The position numbers were made by a program, and so were the translations under genes. This document shows, one piece after another, positions 39,836 through 51,755 of a DNA stretch of 63,378 bases. The notes under the pieces were generated by a model. The model had not been told where the DNA came from. It ran no database searches and saw only the letters and a list, made by a program, of their open reading frames with translations. The stretch comes from a virus. Lineage: Duplodnaviria; Caudoviricetes. The DNA is taken from IMG/VR virus record IMGVR_UViG_3300025168_013869, positions 1 through 63,378 of that record. One strand, 5' to 3'. Within the stretch, counting starts at the first letter, position 1. Each line of letters begins with the position of its first letter.

Positions 39836-39867
39836 TAAATATAAGAAAAATTATCCGTAATTCCTAA
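39836..39867 (-). promoter_or_regulatory. Class A promoter TTAG-N20-TATATTTA (probably leaderless transcript)
   Basis: ATG 39832 begins 3 nt after the -7 box. Confidence 0.7.
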
Positions 39868-40260
39868 TTATTTACCCCATTTCTTTGCAGAAACTATTTG
39901 AGCAATAATACCATATATTGACATGTCTTGAAATGTATCTTGTTCAGATTCTCCAACTTCATCTTCATGTCCTAATATAATTAATTGTTTTAATCTTTGA
40001 ATTTTATCATTCATTCTAAACCATAATCCTGTTAATGATAATTTAACATCATCTTTAGTTTCTAGACTAGTTCCTACTGATATATTACCAGGACCATAAT
40101 TCTTTTGTTTTTTACAAAACATTAGATATTGATCCTTCATTATTTTCTTGAACTCGTTACAGGTTTCTGGATAATTAGATTCACAATAATCTACGGCTGG
40201 GTTTCCTGTTGATGTTTTTTCTTTGAAATCTACTCTTGGTCTATCTTTTATTGTCTTCAT
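39868..40260 (-). CDS. DUF1599 / nucleotide-modification-associated domain 1 protein
   Basis: KQKNYG...RMNDKIQRL...ESEQDTFQDMSIYGII pattern. Confidence 0.7.
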   Translation of the reverse strand: MKTIKDRPRVDFKEKTSTGNPAVDYCESNYPETCNEFKKIMKDQYLMFCKKQKNYGPGNISVGTSLETKDDVKLSLTGLWFRMNDKIQRLKQLIILGHEDEVGESEQDTFQDMSIYGIIAQIVSAKKWGK

Positions 40261-40703
40261 TTTAATAACTTTTTAATTTCTTTTTCTGTTTTACCATATA
40301 TTTTCATTGCATCAACTAAAGATTGTAATCCTTTATTAGTTAGTATTAACACATCAATCATATCTTCCGCTTCTCGTTTACTAGTCACATAATGATCTTT
40401 AACAAATTTAACAAGATCTTTATTATACTTATCAGCCTTCTTACCTTTAATATATTTAGCTCTTACATTGGCATTTGGTAAAATTTCATAGTATAATTGA
40501 TATACATGCTTTTTACTTAAAGGTCCAATTGTATATTGCTGAAACATTGCAATATATTCAATTAAATCTGGATGCATAGATAACCATCTATTAATGATAT
40601 ATGGAGTAAAAGATTTTTGATCTGTTTCTGATAACTTTTCCCAAGGTTTCTTCTTGGCAGTAATGCCTGATATATGATCAAATATAGTAGCTGGTTTTTT
40701 CAT
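40257..40703 (-). CDS. Clamp loader small subunit (T4 gp62-like)
   Basis: FTPYIINRWLSM motif, size and position near the clamp/clamp-loader genes. Confidence 0.7.
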   Translation of the reverse strand: MKKPATIFDHISGITAKKKPWEKLSETDQKSFTPYIINRWLSMHPDLIEYIAMFQQYTIGPLSKKHVYQLYYEILPNANVRAKYIKGKKADKYNKDLVKFVKDHYVTSKREAEDMIDVLILTNKGLQSLVDAMKIYGKTEKEIKKLLK

Positions 40704-40704
40704 A

Positions 40705-42360
<1,656 letters not shown>

Positions 42361-42609
42361 TTATTTCTTTTCTATTGGTAAAAATTCTTTATTAATATGT
42401 CCACATTCATCACATCTAAATACTGGAACTGGCATGATTTGCTCCTTTCCTGTAGGTGATATTAATGCTGATAGTTTTTTGAATGCACTTACTTGTCTGA
42501 AGAATTTACCTTCACAGTTTTCACAGACAATATCTATTAGATCGTTAAGATCTATCTTTACTTGAGTTTTTGGTTGGTCTTTACCACCCAGTCCTATTAC
42601 CTTTCCCAT
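42361..42609 (-). CDS. Zinc-ribbon protein
   Basis: CENC...CDECGH. Confidence 0.7.
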   Translation of the reverse strand: MGKVIGLGGKDQPKTQVKIDLNDLIDIVCENCEGKFFRQVSAFKKLSALISPTGKEQIMPVPVFRCDECGHINKEFLPIEKK

Positions 42610-42619
42610 AATTTTCCTT

Positions 42620-43549
42620 TTATTTTAATTCGTTAATTATTTTTATCATTGTAGCCATTATATGTATCTCTTTATCAACTGCAAATGCATCTTGATATTG
42701 GGATTCTGCTAAAATTAATATAATGGATGCAATATGTCCTTTACCATAGTTATCTATTTCATCAAATAGAAATTTATATAATGCTGTAAAATCTTTTACT
42801 TTGCTATCATTAATTAATTGTCTTATATTTTGAAAACAAGATTTTTTATCATTTTCATTTTGTAAGATATCTAAAAGCTTAGTCATATAATTTGCTTGTA
42901 CTAAACTTTGTTTATCTATTTCTAATTTACCATCAATTACCTGTCGTTGAGCCGAATTTAATATCCTTCTGATATCTGGATATCCGCTATTAATTAAAGT
43001 TGCCAGATCACTCATCTGAAATTCTACATTTTCATCTTTCAAAATTTCAACAATCCTTTTAGCTACCTCTTTCTTGTTAGGTGGAGTAATGCCAAATACT
43101 TGACATCTAGATTGAATAGGGTCTATAATCTTTTCAACATAATTACATGTTAATATAAATCTAGTTGTTTTAGAAAACGTCTCCATTAAATTTCTTAATG
43201 CTGCTTGTCCATTAGGAGTCATATAATCTGCTTCATCTAATATAACAATTTTCCATTTCTTAAATCCAATTGTACTCGCGTAATTTTTAATCTTAGTACG
43301 TACTGTTTCTACATTATTCTCATCAGATGCATTTATATACATCAAATCTGCATCAATATTATTTGCAATAATTTTTGCTAATGTAGTTTTACCTGTACCA
43401 GCTTGGCCGTAAAATAATAAATGAGGAACATCTCCATTCTTAAGATATAATTGTACCTTACTTATAACTGCTTCGTTACCAACATAACCATCTAGGGTTC
43501 CAGGTCGAAACTTTTCTACCCATAATGTATTTTCTTGATTTCCAAACAT
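42620..43549 (-). CDS. Clamp loader AAA+ subunit (RFC small subunit/T4 gp44-like)
   Basis: LWVEKFRP, GQAGTGKTT, INASDE, ILDEAD, QSRC. Confidence 0.95.
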   Translation of the reverse strand: MFGNQENTLWVEKFRPGTLDGYVGNEAVISKVQLYLKNGDVPHLLFYGQAGTGKTTLAKIIANNIDADLMYINASDENNVETVRTKIKNYASTIGFKKWKIVILDEADYMTPNGQAALRNLMETFSKTTRFILTCNYVEKIIDPIQSRCQVFGITPPNKKEVAKRIVEILKDENVEFQMSDLATLINSGYPDIRRILNSAQRQVIDGKLEIDKQSLVQANYMTKLLDILQNENDKKSCFQNIRQLINDSKVKDFTALYKFLFDEIDNYGKGHIASIILILAESQYQDAFAVDKEIHIMATMIKIINELK

Positions 43550-43550
43550 A

Positions 43551-44270
43551 TTAATTAGCTTGTAATTGTACTAGGTAATATGTAGATGAATAATCTTTAC
43601 CTGTAAATGATACTCTTGCAAGTCCTGCACTAGATACTTCAATAAATCCAGTTTCATGTTCTTTATTTGCAACTAATATTTCTTTGAATAGATTAGCTGA
43701 GAAACATGTCGCCTTTAAATCACTTTGAGCTCCTTCTGTAATTGTAGGCCATGTAATTCTATTCGTATTCAAAGTTGAATAATTTAATATCATATTAGTC
43801 CCCATTGCATCACTTTCAATTGCAAAGTTTTCTGTTTCTGGTAATGCATTCTTAGATTTAACAAACTTATCTGCAAAATCTTTTGTTAATTTAATTTTAA
43901 CATTAAAGTCTGGTAATTGTTTCATTGCCGGGACTTGTCTGATTACAGATAAATCAGCTAACATAAATGTTACATCTGTTGTCTTATCTGATAAGTTAAT
44001 TGAATATGCTGTACTATCTGCATTATTAACTCTCATTTTGATATCGACATCTAATGCAGTTAATAACTTTGTTAATTGAGAAGTTGCATATACTCCTAAT
44101 GTTACATCATCAATATCAAAATTGTCCATTGATACTGTACCTACTACGTTTTGATCATCTGTAATAAAATTACAGCTTAATGTTTTATCCTTAACATCTA
44201 ATCTAACAGAATTTGCATTTCCTGCTAAATGATATTTATCGATAAAACCTGTTAATTGTTTCTTTTCCAT
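43551..44270 (-). CDS. Sliding clamp (T4 gp45/PCNA-like)
   Basis: 239-aa two-domain beta-rich pattern ending STYYLV; adjacent to the clamp loader. Confidence 0.75.
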   Translation of the reverse strand: MEKKQLTGFIDKYHLAGNANSVRLDVKDKTLSCNFITDDQNVVGTVSMDNFDIDDVTLGVYATSQLTKLLTALDVDIKMRVNNADSTAYSINLSDKTTDVTFMLADLSVIRQVPAMKQLPDFNVKIKLTKDFADKFVKSKNALPETENFAIESDAMGTNMILNYSTLNTNRITWPTITEGAQSDLKATCFSANLFKEILVANKEHETGFIEVSSAGLARVSFTGKDYSSTYYLVQLQAN

Positions 44271-44283
44271 TGTTTACTTTTTT

Positions 44284-45468
44284 TTATTCGAAAAATTGAT
44301 TAAATACTTCATTGTTTACTAAGTCTCTTGTTGTTCCACCAAACTTGTCATATAATTGTCTATTCTTATTATAGATATGAATTGCTTTATCTGGGTCTTG
44401 GAACATTTCTTCCATGCTCATTAGTATTGCATAAAAATCTCTTGGTATTACTGTTTGTAATAACTCGTTATGACATTTTACTATTTCTTCTACTTGCCTA
44501 ACAGTTTCATTAAATACAAATAAATTATTTAATGTCATCTTCATTGTTACATCACCTTTATAATTTGATACCTCACCAAATGTCATTCCTTCACATACTG
44601 GATGACCTAATGGATTAGGAACTAAATCATCTGCATTATACGGAAGATTATCTCCTTTTGGAAAATATAAATCTGTAAAAGTCATTTTACTTAATTGAGG
44701 TGAATGTAAATGAGTTCCATATACAGGATATAAACCTGGTGAACTTGAATCTGTTGATACTTGTATGTTACCTCCATGATATTTATTTAACATCTTTTGT
44801 AAGAAGCTTAACATAAAGAAATCAGAAATCTTTGATATACCTAATACATGTATAAATTGATTTCTTACCTTTTCAAATTCTCTATTCTTAATCATTGGAA
44901 CTAATGCAGACATAAACATAGTAACTCTCTTTTGAGCTCCTCCAATACACCAACCATTAAATTCAAAGTCTTTCATCTTTTGATACCATGTCTCATACTC
45001 CTCAACATTATTACCTTGAATAACATTTAAGAATTTACATTTACCAGTCTGGTTATCTGCAAAATATTTGAAGTTATCATAACTAATATTTAAACATTCA
45101 TTAAACTTTCCATCATACTTAGCTCTAGGTGGAATATCTAAATTAACTCCAATATCACAATTTGCTTCTAACCAATCAAATATTTTTACTTTAAATGATG
45201 GATCCCATTTAATTGCTCCTGTTGCTAACTGGAACCCTCCGGAATCACCCATTACTAATACATCATCTTCTAATCCATAACGCTGTCTTGCATCTGGCCA
45301 TTTGTAATGATGACCTGCCGTTATTAGGAAATAAGGATGTCTCCATCTTTCAGGAAAGTCTTTATCATAGAATCTACATGATAATCCTGGTTTTACTTCT
45401 TTGTTCTTTTTGAAATCACCTGCGCAACCTCCTGCAGATAATGACGGGTAATAAATTAAATCTTTCAT
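44284..45468 (-). CDS. dpdA: tRNA-guanine transglycosylase-fold protein, probable DNA 7-deazaguanine transglycosylase (DpdA-like)
   Basis: GDSGGFQ, LDIPP, NVIQG, GWCIGG, IHVLG, STDSSS TGT-family motifs; folE/queD/queE nearby. Confidence 0.8.
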   Translation of the reverse strand: MKDLIYYPSLSAGGCAGDFKKNKEVKPGLSCRFYDKDFPERWRHPYFLITAGHHYKWPDARQRYGLEDDVLVMGDSGGFQLATGAIKWDPSFKVKIFDWLEANCDIGVNLDIPPRAKYDGKFNECLNISYDNFKYFADNQTGKCKFLNVIQGNNVEEYETWYQKMKDFEFNGWCIGGAQKRVTMFMSALVPMIKNREFEKVRNQFIHVLGISKISDFFMLSFLQKMLNKYHGGNIQVSTDSSSPGLYPVYGTHLHSPQLSKMTFTDLYFPKGDNLPYNADDLVPNPLGHPVCEGMTFGEVSNYKGDVTMKMTLNNLFVFNETVRQVEEIVKCHNELLQTVIPRDFYAILMSMEEMFQDPDKAIHIYNKNRQLYDKFGGTTRDLVNNEVFNQFFE

Positions 45469-45469
45469 T

Positions 45470-46690
45470 TTATTTTTCTTTCCATTCTAATTCGTATTGA
45501 CTTAATATCTTTGTTTCATGTGACTGAAACGTTTCTTGTTCTAATAAAGACTCGCATAGTTCTTTTTCATGCCATACACATAATTCATTCTCATAATCAT
45601 TAGCAATAATATATCCTTCCATTTGTCTTCCTAGGTCTGATATGTCTACTATATTTTTATGAACCTTTGGTGTCTCTAATGCATCTTCTATTGTCTCTAA
45701 TGCATCTTTAACATCAAATGGTTTATACATTCTATCTGCATCTATAAATTCTGGAAAACTTCTGAAGTATGGAAATACTACATCTGCTCCAAATGTAGTC
45801 GATTCAATAACTGTCCATGATACATAATCTTGTAATGCGGAATTGAATTGAATTTTACAAGTTGCTAACTCTGTATAATATTCTTCTTTTGTTAATCCTG
45901 TCATCAGTACAAACCTAGGTTGATCTTTTGCTAATTTTTCTAATGCATCTATTACACCTGGTAACATACTCTTAAATCCTTTACCTGATGTGGTTACATG
46001 CCATTCATAATCTGGGTGATTTTCTAAAAATGCTTCTGCTACTTTCATCATAAAGAAAGGATTCTTTTCTTTATCTAATCTAGATGAATATACAATAGTA
46101 TTTTTCTTTTTATATGTTCCTGCAGGAAGTTTTTCTAATGTAGCTTGTTTATGTATTGGTAATGATACAACATGTATTGGCGCTTCAAATCCTGCTGCTC
46201 TTAACTGTTCTTTATGTATAGAACTTCCAACAAATATACCAGTCAATCTTTTATCTAATCCTAATTCATATGGCCTCATCCAATCTCTCATAGGATATGT
46301 AAAATCATATTCATCAACTGATTGCGCATGACACATGGTATATACCTTTACATCTTTATAGCCATACAGGTCTAATGCATACCATATGGCTTCGACTCCT
46401 GGTGTCCAATAGTCTTGCAAGAATATTATATCACCATCTTGGACTTTGTCATTATACAGCATTTCTAAGAAGTTTTGGCATTGAGATAAACTATACTTTC
46501 CTCTTCCGATTGCATCTAAAACTGCGCCAACTTTAATCTCACAATCAGGATCAAAATCACCTTCAACATCAATAAAATTTAATTTATCTTGATATTTTTC
46601 AAATGTTTTCGGCATCCATTCTTTACATAATTGATATGTATACCTTGCTTTTAATGGCTCTAGGCCGAAGTAAAATAAATTTCTTTTCAT
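45470..46690 (-). CDS. GT-B glycosyltransferase adjacent to dpdA
   Basis: YSSRLDKEKNP, SALQDYVSWTVIES...VVFPYFRSFPE GT-B C-terminal lobe motifs. Confidence 0.75.
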   Translation of the reverse strand: MKRNLFYFGLEPLKARYTYQLCKEWMPKTFEKYQDKLNFIDVEGDFDPDCEIKVGAVLDAIGRGKYSLSQCQNFLEMLYNDKVQDGDIIFLQDYWTPGVEAIWYALDLYGYKDVKVYTMCHAQSVDEYDFTYPMRDWMRPYELGLDKRLTGIFVGSSIHKEQLRAAGFEAPIHVVSLPIHKQATLEKLPAGTYKKKNTIVYSSRLDKEKNPFFMMKVAEAFLENHPDYEWHVTTSGKGFKSMLPGVIDALEKLAKDQPRFVLMTGLTKEEYYTELATCKIQFNSALQDYVSWTVIESTTFGADVVFPYFRSFPEFIDADRMYKPFDVKDALETIEDALETPKVHKNIVDISDLGRQMEGYIIANDYENELCVWHEKELCESLLEQETFQSHETKILSQYELEWKEK

Positions 46691-46691
46691 A

Positions 46692-47111
46692 TTATTCTTT
46701 TATTCTATCAAATTTATAATCATCAGGATTAATCTCCATCATATTACATTTTGTAATTTGATGTACTCTATACCATCCTGCATCTATAGATAATGTATCT
46801 GTATTCTTTAGTTTTGCAACATGTTCATCTGCTATTCTATATATGACATGAGCTCTATTAAATATAGACATTGGAATTTTACTCATTAACTTATCATTTG
46901 CTTCTACAGTAACATATTGTTTAGTTTCTAATATATCATGTATCTCTTTCCAATTACCATGAACACATGCTATTTCCATATATTCAATTGTAAAATAGAT
47001 ATGTGGATAATCTTTATAGTTTTTAGGAACTTGTCCTCGAACAAATACCGTTTCAATATCAGATAACCGACCTTCTACTTCCTTTCCATACCAATAACTT
47101 TTTCCGTACAT
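46692..47111 (-). CDS. Hypothetical protein, first gene of the GT-dpdA-clamp unit
   Basis: 139 aa, directly downstream of class A promoter 47134-47165. Confidence 0.7.
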   Translation of the reverse strand: MYGKSYWYGKEVEGRLSDIETVFVRGQVPKNYKDYPHIYFTIEYMEIACVHGNWKEIHDILETKQYVTVEANDKLMSKIPMSIFNRAHVIYRIADEHVAKLKNTDTLSIDAGWYRVHQITKCNMMEINPDDYKFDRIKE

Positions 47112-47133
47112 AACCTTTTATTTTTTATTTATA

Positions 47134-47165
47134 TTAATATAATAAATTTTTTGCAAACAACCAAA
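47134..47165 (-). promoter_or_regulatory. Class A promoter TTTG-N20-TATATTAA
   Basis: Conserved spacing. Confidence 0.7.
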
Positions 47166-47190
47166 TGAATTCATCTAAAAGTTAACTAAA

Positions 47191-47523
47191 CTATTTAGTT
47201 AATCCTTTTATTTTATCCATATTTGGATTAATTGTTTTGTCTAATCTATGAACTTCATCCCACACCTTATCAAAACGCCTATCCGTACTACTTTCAACTT
47301 GAACTTGATATTCATCTATTCTTCTGTGAATATCTTGTTGTTGTTCACCTCTTTCTCGGGTTTCATGATCAAGTCCTTTTTCAAACTTATCATCTAAATC
47401 CACCATCTCCATTCTTACTAGCTCCAGATCATTGACCCTTTTGCTCAACCTTATTACACCCGCAAACGCATACGATAACGCACCCACCCCGATTGTACTT
47501 AAAACTGTTATTATTGTTTCCAT
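47191..47523 (-). CDS. Membrane-anchored coiled-coil protein
   Basis: N-terminal TM helix followed by charged helical region. Confidence 0.6.
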   Translation of the reverse strand: METIITVLSTIGVGALSYAFAGVIRLSKRVNDLELVRMEMVDLDDKFEKGLDHETRERGEQQQDIHRRIDEYQVQVESSTDRRFDKVWDEVHRLDKTINPNMDKIKGLTK

Positions 47524-47555
47524 ATTTTTTCTCTCTTTTTAATTGATGGAATCAT

Positions 47556-50039
47556 TTAATTGAATGCAAAAAACTTACCTAAATTATTATTTTCTGGGAT
47601 TCCTCCCCATTTCATTGCTCCATAGAAATCATTCAATTTGTTAGCAAATGCAGATGTAAATACTTTATTGTAATTAATATTATCTTGCACAAATTTTTCT
47701 ATTGGAGGTGGATCTTCAAATCCTTTCATTGCCATTGTATCTAATCCCATATTGTTAGCTTTAACATATGTCCATTTTATTTTTTCACCGTTAATGATTT
47801 CTCGAATATTTTTTATATTATGATGTTTTAACATGTCATTATAATTTAATGCAGATTTAACATGTACTGGAGTTCCTTTCATTCTTACTGCAAATTTACC
47901 ATCACCTTTCCTTTGCCATTTTTTAACATTCTTAACACCAATCGGAAACATTACATCAATTAAAGGAAGGGTTTTCATATGTTCTTTGAAATTAAGAATC
48001 TTTTCATCTAATTCTTCTTTTGAAATATCATTCAATATATCTTCTAACACTTCGGCCATAAATTTTCTAAATGAAGGCGGAAAGGATGACCTAACAACAT
48101 CTAAACCTTTTACATCTAATTTAGATACTGTATGTCCTTCTATATTGATAATCCATTGAGCATATCGCTTCTTTGCAATCCATAAACCAGCTTTAGCTAC
48201 ATTCTCTTGTTTAATATCAAACTTATGAACATTTACATTATGAAATTTATCAGCATATATATCATATGATCTATTAATGAAATCTTGAACCTCATCTGCA
48301 ACCTCTATAGTTTTATCTGCCATCCACTTTTCATCTGTTATATCAAAATCTGGATACCTATGTTTAATAATTGGTAATGATGAGAAGAAGGTAGAATCTG
48401 TATCTGTATAAATACAATAATCTTCTTTCTTTTTTAATTCGTTTGTATAGAATTTATTTCCTATGTTAGCCGTAAATTTAATTAACTGCTGACCTGTACT
48501 TGTAATTGCAACTGCATTATCAGGATCATTAAATCTAAAAGTTGGATTACCTAGAACTCCATAAAATGAATTTAACAAAATCTTAGTAACTAATTGCAAT
48601 CTATCAAAATATTCAGCTTTGGCAGCATCACCTTCTGATTCGTATTTCTTTCTTAAATTTTTATATTCAACTCTTTCTGCAAACCATTTTTCAAGTATAG
48701 ACGATATAAAACCTTTTTGTTTCGTATCATATATAACACCATTTGCCGCTACCGAATATTTATTTTCTGTTAAATACGTTCTTAATGCTTGAGGTGATTC
48801 CCAACCATCTTTACCCATTGAATATTCCATTGGAATATCTTTAATATATTTATGGCCGTCAAAGTCTTCAAGTTTGCCTATCTTAGTTTCTGGTGAAACA
48901 TTAAGTGTCATGATGATACTAGGATATAGAGATGTTAAATCAAGGTCATATACCCACTTATATCTACCTGGATTAGGTGCTTTTACATATGCTCCTAATA
49001 AGTCAACATGTTTTATTTCATCATGCCTAGGCTTATTAGGTGCTACAATACCTAATCGTTTCATGTATGTTAATGCAGCTCCATCTAAATATCTAGTTGG
49101 AAATAAGAAATCTTCATATGGAACATGACCTTTATGACATATACCACGAGCTAGATCCATTAGTTTCATTTTTTGATCTATTTCATATACTAGATCTACA
49201 TCATTCATGTTATAATCAATATAACCTTGTATATCATTTTTCATCAAATCATCTAAGGTTCCTTCATATTTCATTTTACCTTTACCTAATTCTTTTTGAG
49301 ATATAGCTTCTAGTGAATAACTAGATTCTTCATTATAAGTAAAGTTTTTATATAATGCCATATAATCTAAACATGATACTCCAGATATTCTATATCTATT
49401 TCTATGCTTTAACCAAATTACATCTTTAATAGGTGATAATGTTCTTGCTTGAGATTCTCCTAACACATGACATATTCTATTATAAAGATATGGTATATCA
49501 AAAAAGTCAATATTCCATCCTGTAATTAAGGTTGGCATTATCTCATAATATTTCAATAAGAACTTACTTAATAAAGTGGCTTCATCCTGACAAGAGGTTG
49601 TTTCAAAATTACCTTTCTTTGTTGATGCAACTTTACAGTCTTTATCTAAAATCCAAACATGTTTTTGATCTCCTGCTTCATCGTAAATTGCAATTGCAGT
49701 TACTTCATTCTGAGCTAACTCTGGTGTTGGAAATCCATCTTCAATATCAACCTCGATATCAATAAATAAAGTTCTATGGCCAGTTGATATTTCATCTGAA
49801 TCTGGATATTGGTCTATTAGAGTCCTCATTTCAGGATTCAAATCAGATTCGTATAACCCTGGTGCATTTTCATCTGGGTTCCATACTTTATCTACTCGAG
49901 TTCCATCTAATGTTGTTAAATCACCAGATGGATTCTTTGCATATGCATACGGCTTATACTTTATTTTAACATGACCTTTAATATCATCCCATATATGGAC
50001 TGTATTATTACGTCTTTGATATGCTACTGCTTGATACAT
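47556..50039 (-). CDS. Family B DNA polymerase (T4 gp43-like)
   Basis: Exo I DIE, Exo II GWNIDFFDIPY, Exo III YNMND; pol motifs DLTSLYPSII, KILLNSFYG, YTDTDS, KKRY. Confidence 0.98.
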   Translation of the reverse strand: MYQAVAYQRRNNTVHIWDDIKGHVKIKYKPYAYAKNPSGDLTTLDGTRVDKVWNPDENAPGLYESDLNPEMRTLIDQYPDSDEISTGHRTLFIDIEVDIEDGFPTPELAQNEVTAIAIYDEAGDQKHVWILDKDCKVASTKKGNFETTSCQDEATLLSKFLLKYYEIMPTLITGWNIDFFDIPYLYNRICHVLGESQARTLSPIKDVIWLKHRNRYRISGVSCLDYMALYKNFTYNEESSYSLEAISQKELGKGKMKYEGTLDDLMKNDIQGYIDYNMNDVDLVYEIDQKMKLMDLARGICHKGHVPYEDFLFPTRYLDGAALTYMKRLGIVAPNKPRHDEIKHVDLLGAYVKAPNPGRYKWVYDLDLTSLYPSIIMTLNVSPETKIGKLEDFDGHKYIKDIPMEYSMGKDGWESPQALRTYLTENKYSVAANGVIYDTKQKGFISSILEKWFAERVEYKNLRKKYESEGDAAKAEYFDRLQLVTKILLNSFYGVLGNPTFRFNDPDNAVAITSTGQQLIKFTANIGNKFYTNELKKKEDYCIYTDTDSTFFSSLPIIKHRYPDFDITDEKWMADKTIEVADEVQDFINRSYDIYADKFHNVNVHKFDIKQENVAKAGLWIAKKRYAQWIINIEGHTVSKLDVKGLDVVRSSFPPSFRKFMAEVLEDILNDISKEELDEKILNFKEHMKTLPLIDVMFPIGVKNVKKWQRKGDGKFAVRMKGTPVHVKSALNYNDMLKHHNIKNIREIINGEKIKWTYVKANNMGLDTMAMKGFEDPPPIEKFVQDNINYNKVFTSAFANKLNDFYGAMKWGGIPENNNLGKFFAFN

Positions 50040-50266
50040 TAAACTAATTCTTCTATTATTCCTACCATTTCACTTAATATAAGAAAAATAACTGACATTA
50101 CCAAATTAAATGGCAACAATCCATATCCTAATATTCTAATTCCTGATTTAATAAAACTTATAATCTGATGCTTTCTTGCATCTGGTAATTGTTGTTTATT
50201 ATCATTCGCTTGATAAGTTTTATTAGCCGTCCATTTATCTGTTTTTCCGTTGTAAAATCCTTGCAT
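50039..50266 (-). CDS. Small membrane protein
   Basis: C-terminal hydrophobic segments; TAATG-type coupling to the polymerase gene. Confidence 0.55.
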   Translation of the reverse strand: MQGFYNGKTDKWTANKTYQANDNKQQLPDARKHQIISFIKSGIRILGYGLLPFNLVMSVIFLILSEMVGIIEELV

Positions 50267-50269
50267 ATT

Positions 50270-50776
50270 CTAATTTATTTTGTAAATATTTCTATAATTT
50301 CTTTTTAGTCCGTTATCATCTAAACCATAACCTACTACCCATTCTTTATCTATTTCAAAACAAAAATGATCTACTGGTGGACTATCTTCTTTTCTTTTTA
50401 ACAAAGTAACAATTTTTACTGATGTTGGCATCATATCATTTACTCTTAATAAAATTTCTAACATTGTTTTTCCTGTATCAACTATATCATCTACAATATA
50501 AACTCTTCTGCCTTTGCAATGTAATTCTAATTCTTTGGTAAACTTGACTCCTGCAGAATTATCTTGTCCTTCATATGATTTAGCTCTAATAAAATCTATA
50601 GATACGTCTATACCCATATCTTTAACTAGATCTGTAAAGAACATGAATCCACCATTTAATACACATATCATTACTGGTGGTAATGAATCTCCTGAAGCTC
50701 TATGTTCTTCTGATATTTTATGTGCCATGGCTCTGACACGTCTTTCTATCTTAAACTCTGGTATTAATATATCCAT
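50270..50776 (-). CDS. hpt: Hypoxanthine-guanine phosphoribosyltransferase family
   Basis: VLNGG.MF..DL, KSY, PRPP motif VYIVDDIVDTGKT, WVVGYGLD. Confidence 0.92.
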   Translation of the reverse strand: MDILIPEFKIERRVRAMAHKISEEHRASGDSLPPVMICVLNGGFMFFTDLVKDMGIDVSIDFIRAKSYEGQDNSAGVKFTKELELHCKGRRVYIVDDIVDTGKTMLEILLRVNDMMPTSVKIVTLLKRKEDSPPVDHFCFEIDKEWVVGYGLDDNGLKRNYRNIYKIN

Positions 50777-51432
50777 TAATAACCTTTTACAAATTCGTAA
50801 TACTCATTTCTTGTTGATGGATCATCTTTGAATGCACCAGTTAATTTACTAGTCTTCATACTTGCACCACCATGTTTAACTCCCCTACATTGTACACAAT
50901 TATGAGTTGCATCAATCATTACAGCTACACCATTATTATCTGAAATAATAGTATGCATTGCATTATGTATTGCAACAGTCAATTGTTCTTGAATTGCACC
51001 TCGTCTTGCAAAATGTTCTACTAATCTATTTAATTTAGATAATCCAATTACTTGACTATCTTTACCTGGAATATATGCAACATGTACTTTACCCATTATA
51101 GTTTGATGATGATGTGAACACATACTAGTTAATGGAATTCCTCCTTCAAATACCATTCCGTCATAACCATCACTAGGAAAGGTTGTTATACTCGGTGGAG
51201 CTTCATATCTACCTGCCCATAAGTCATTTACATATGCTTTAGCAACTCTAAAAGGAGTTTTATCTGAATTTGGATCTTCTCTCCAATTCACTTTTAACGC
51301 ATCAAGAAACTGACCAAATGCTATTTCTGCTTCGGCAATCATAATTCCTTTTTCTGCTACTGTTAAAGGTCTTCCGTCAGCAACTCCATTTGCATAACCT
51401 GCCTTTACTAGTTCTAAATTTAATTTTTCCAT
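50776..51432 (-). CDS. folE: GTP cyclohydrolase I
   Basis: TPFRVAK, SMCSHH, IGLSKLNRLV, IQEQLT, HNCVQCRGV. Confidence 0.96.
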   Translation of the reverse strand: MEKLNLELVKAGYANGVADGRPLTVAEKGIMIAEAEIAFGQFLDALKVNWREDPNSDKTPFRVAKAYVNDLWAGRYEAPPSITTFPSDGYDGMVFEGGIPLTSMCSHHHQTIMGKVHVAYIPGKDSQVIGLSKLNRLVEHFARRGAIQEQLTVAIHNAMHTIISDNNGVAVMIDATHNCVQCRGVKHGGASMKTSKLTGAFKDDPSTRNEYYEFVKGY

Positions 51433-51433
51433 A

Positions 51434-51739
51434 TTACTTTTTTATTGATACCATTGCTATATCTGATTCTCTTACTAGTACATAAGTTTCATCCTTAAGA
51501 ATAATTTCATTTCCATTTTTACCACTTAACTTACTAGTAAGTGCTATTACAGTGTCTCCCACTTTACATGTCATTTCAATTAAATCGCCTGTCATAGTAC
51601 GTACACCATCTCCTGTTGCAATAACTTCTGCTCTTCCAAATGTTTCTGCATCTGCAGATAATATTATTCCACTTGCTGATTTAGTTTCTTTTTTTACTGC
51701 TTTAAGCAATAATTGGTCTCCCATTGGTTTCATTTTCAT
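51434..51739 (-). CDS. groES: Co-chaperonin GroES
   Basis: MKPMGDQLL, KSASGIIL mobile loop, VKVGD-like CKVGD, LVRESDIA. Confidence 0.92.
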   Translation of the reverse strand: MKMKPMGDQLLLKAVKKETKSASGIILSADAETFGRAEVIATGDGVRTMTGDLIEMTCKVGDTVIALTSKLSGKNGNEIILKDETYVLVRESDIAMVSIKK

Positions 51740-51755
51740 AATTTTTCTTTTTTTA

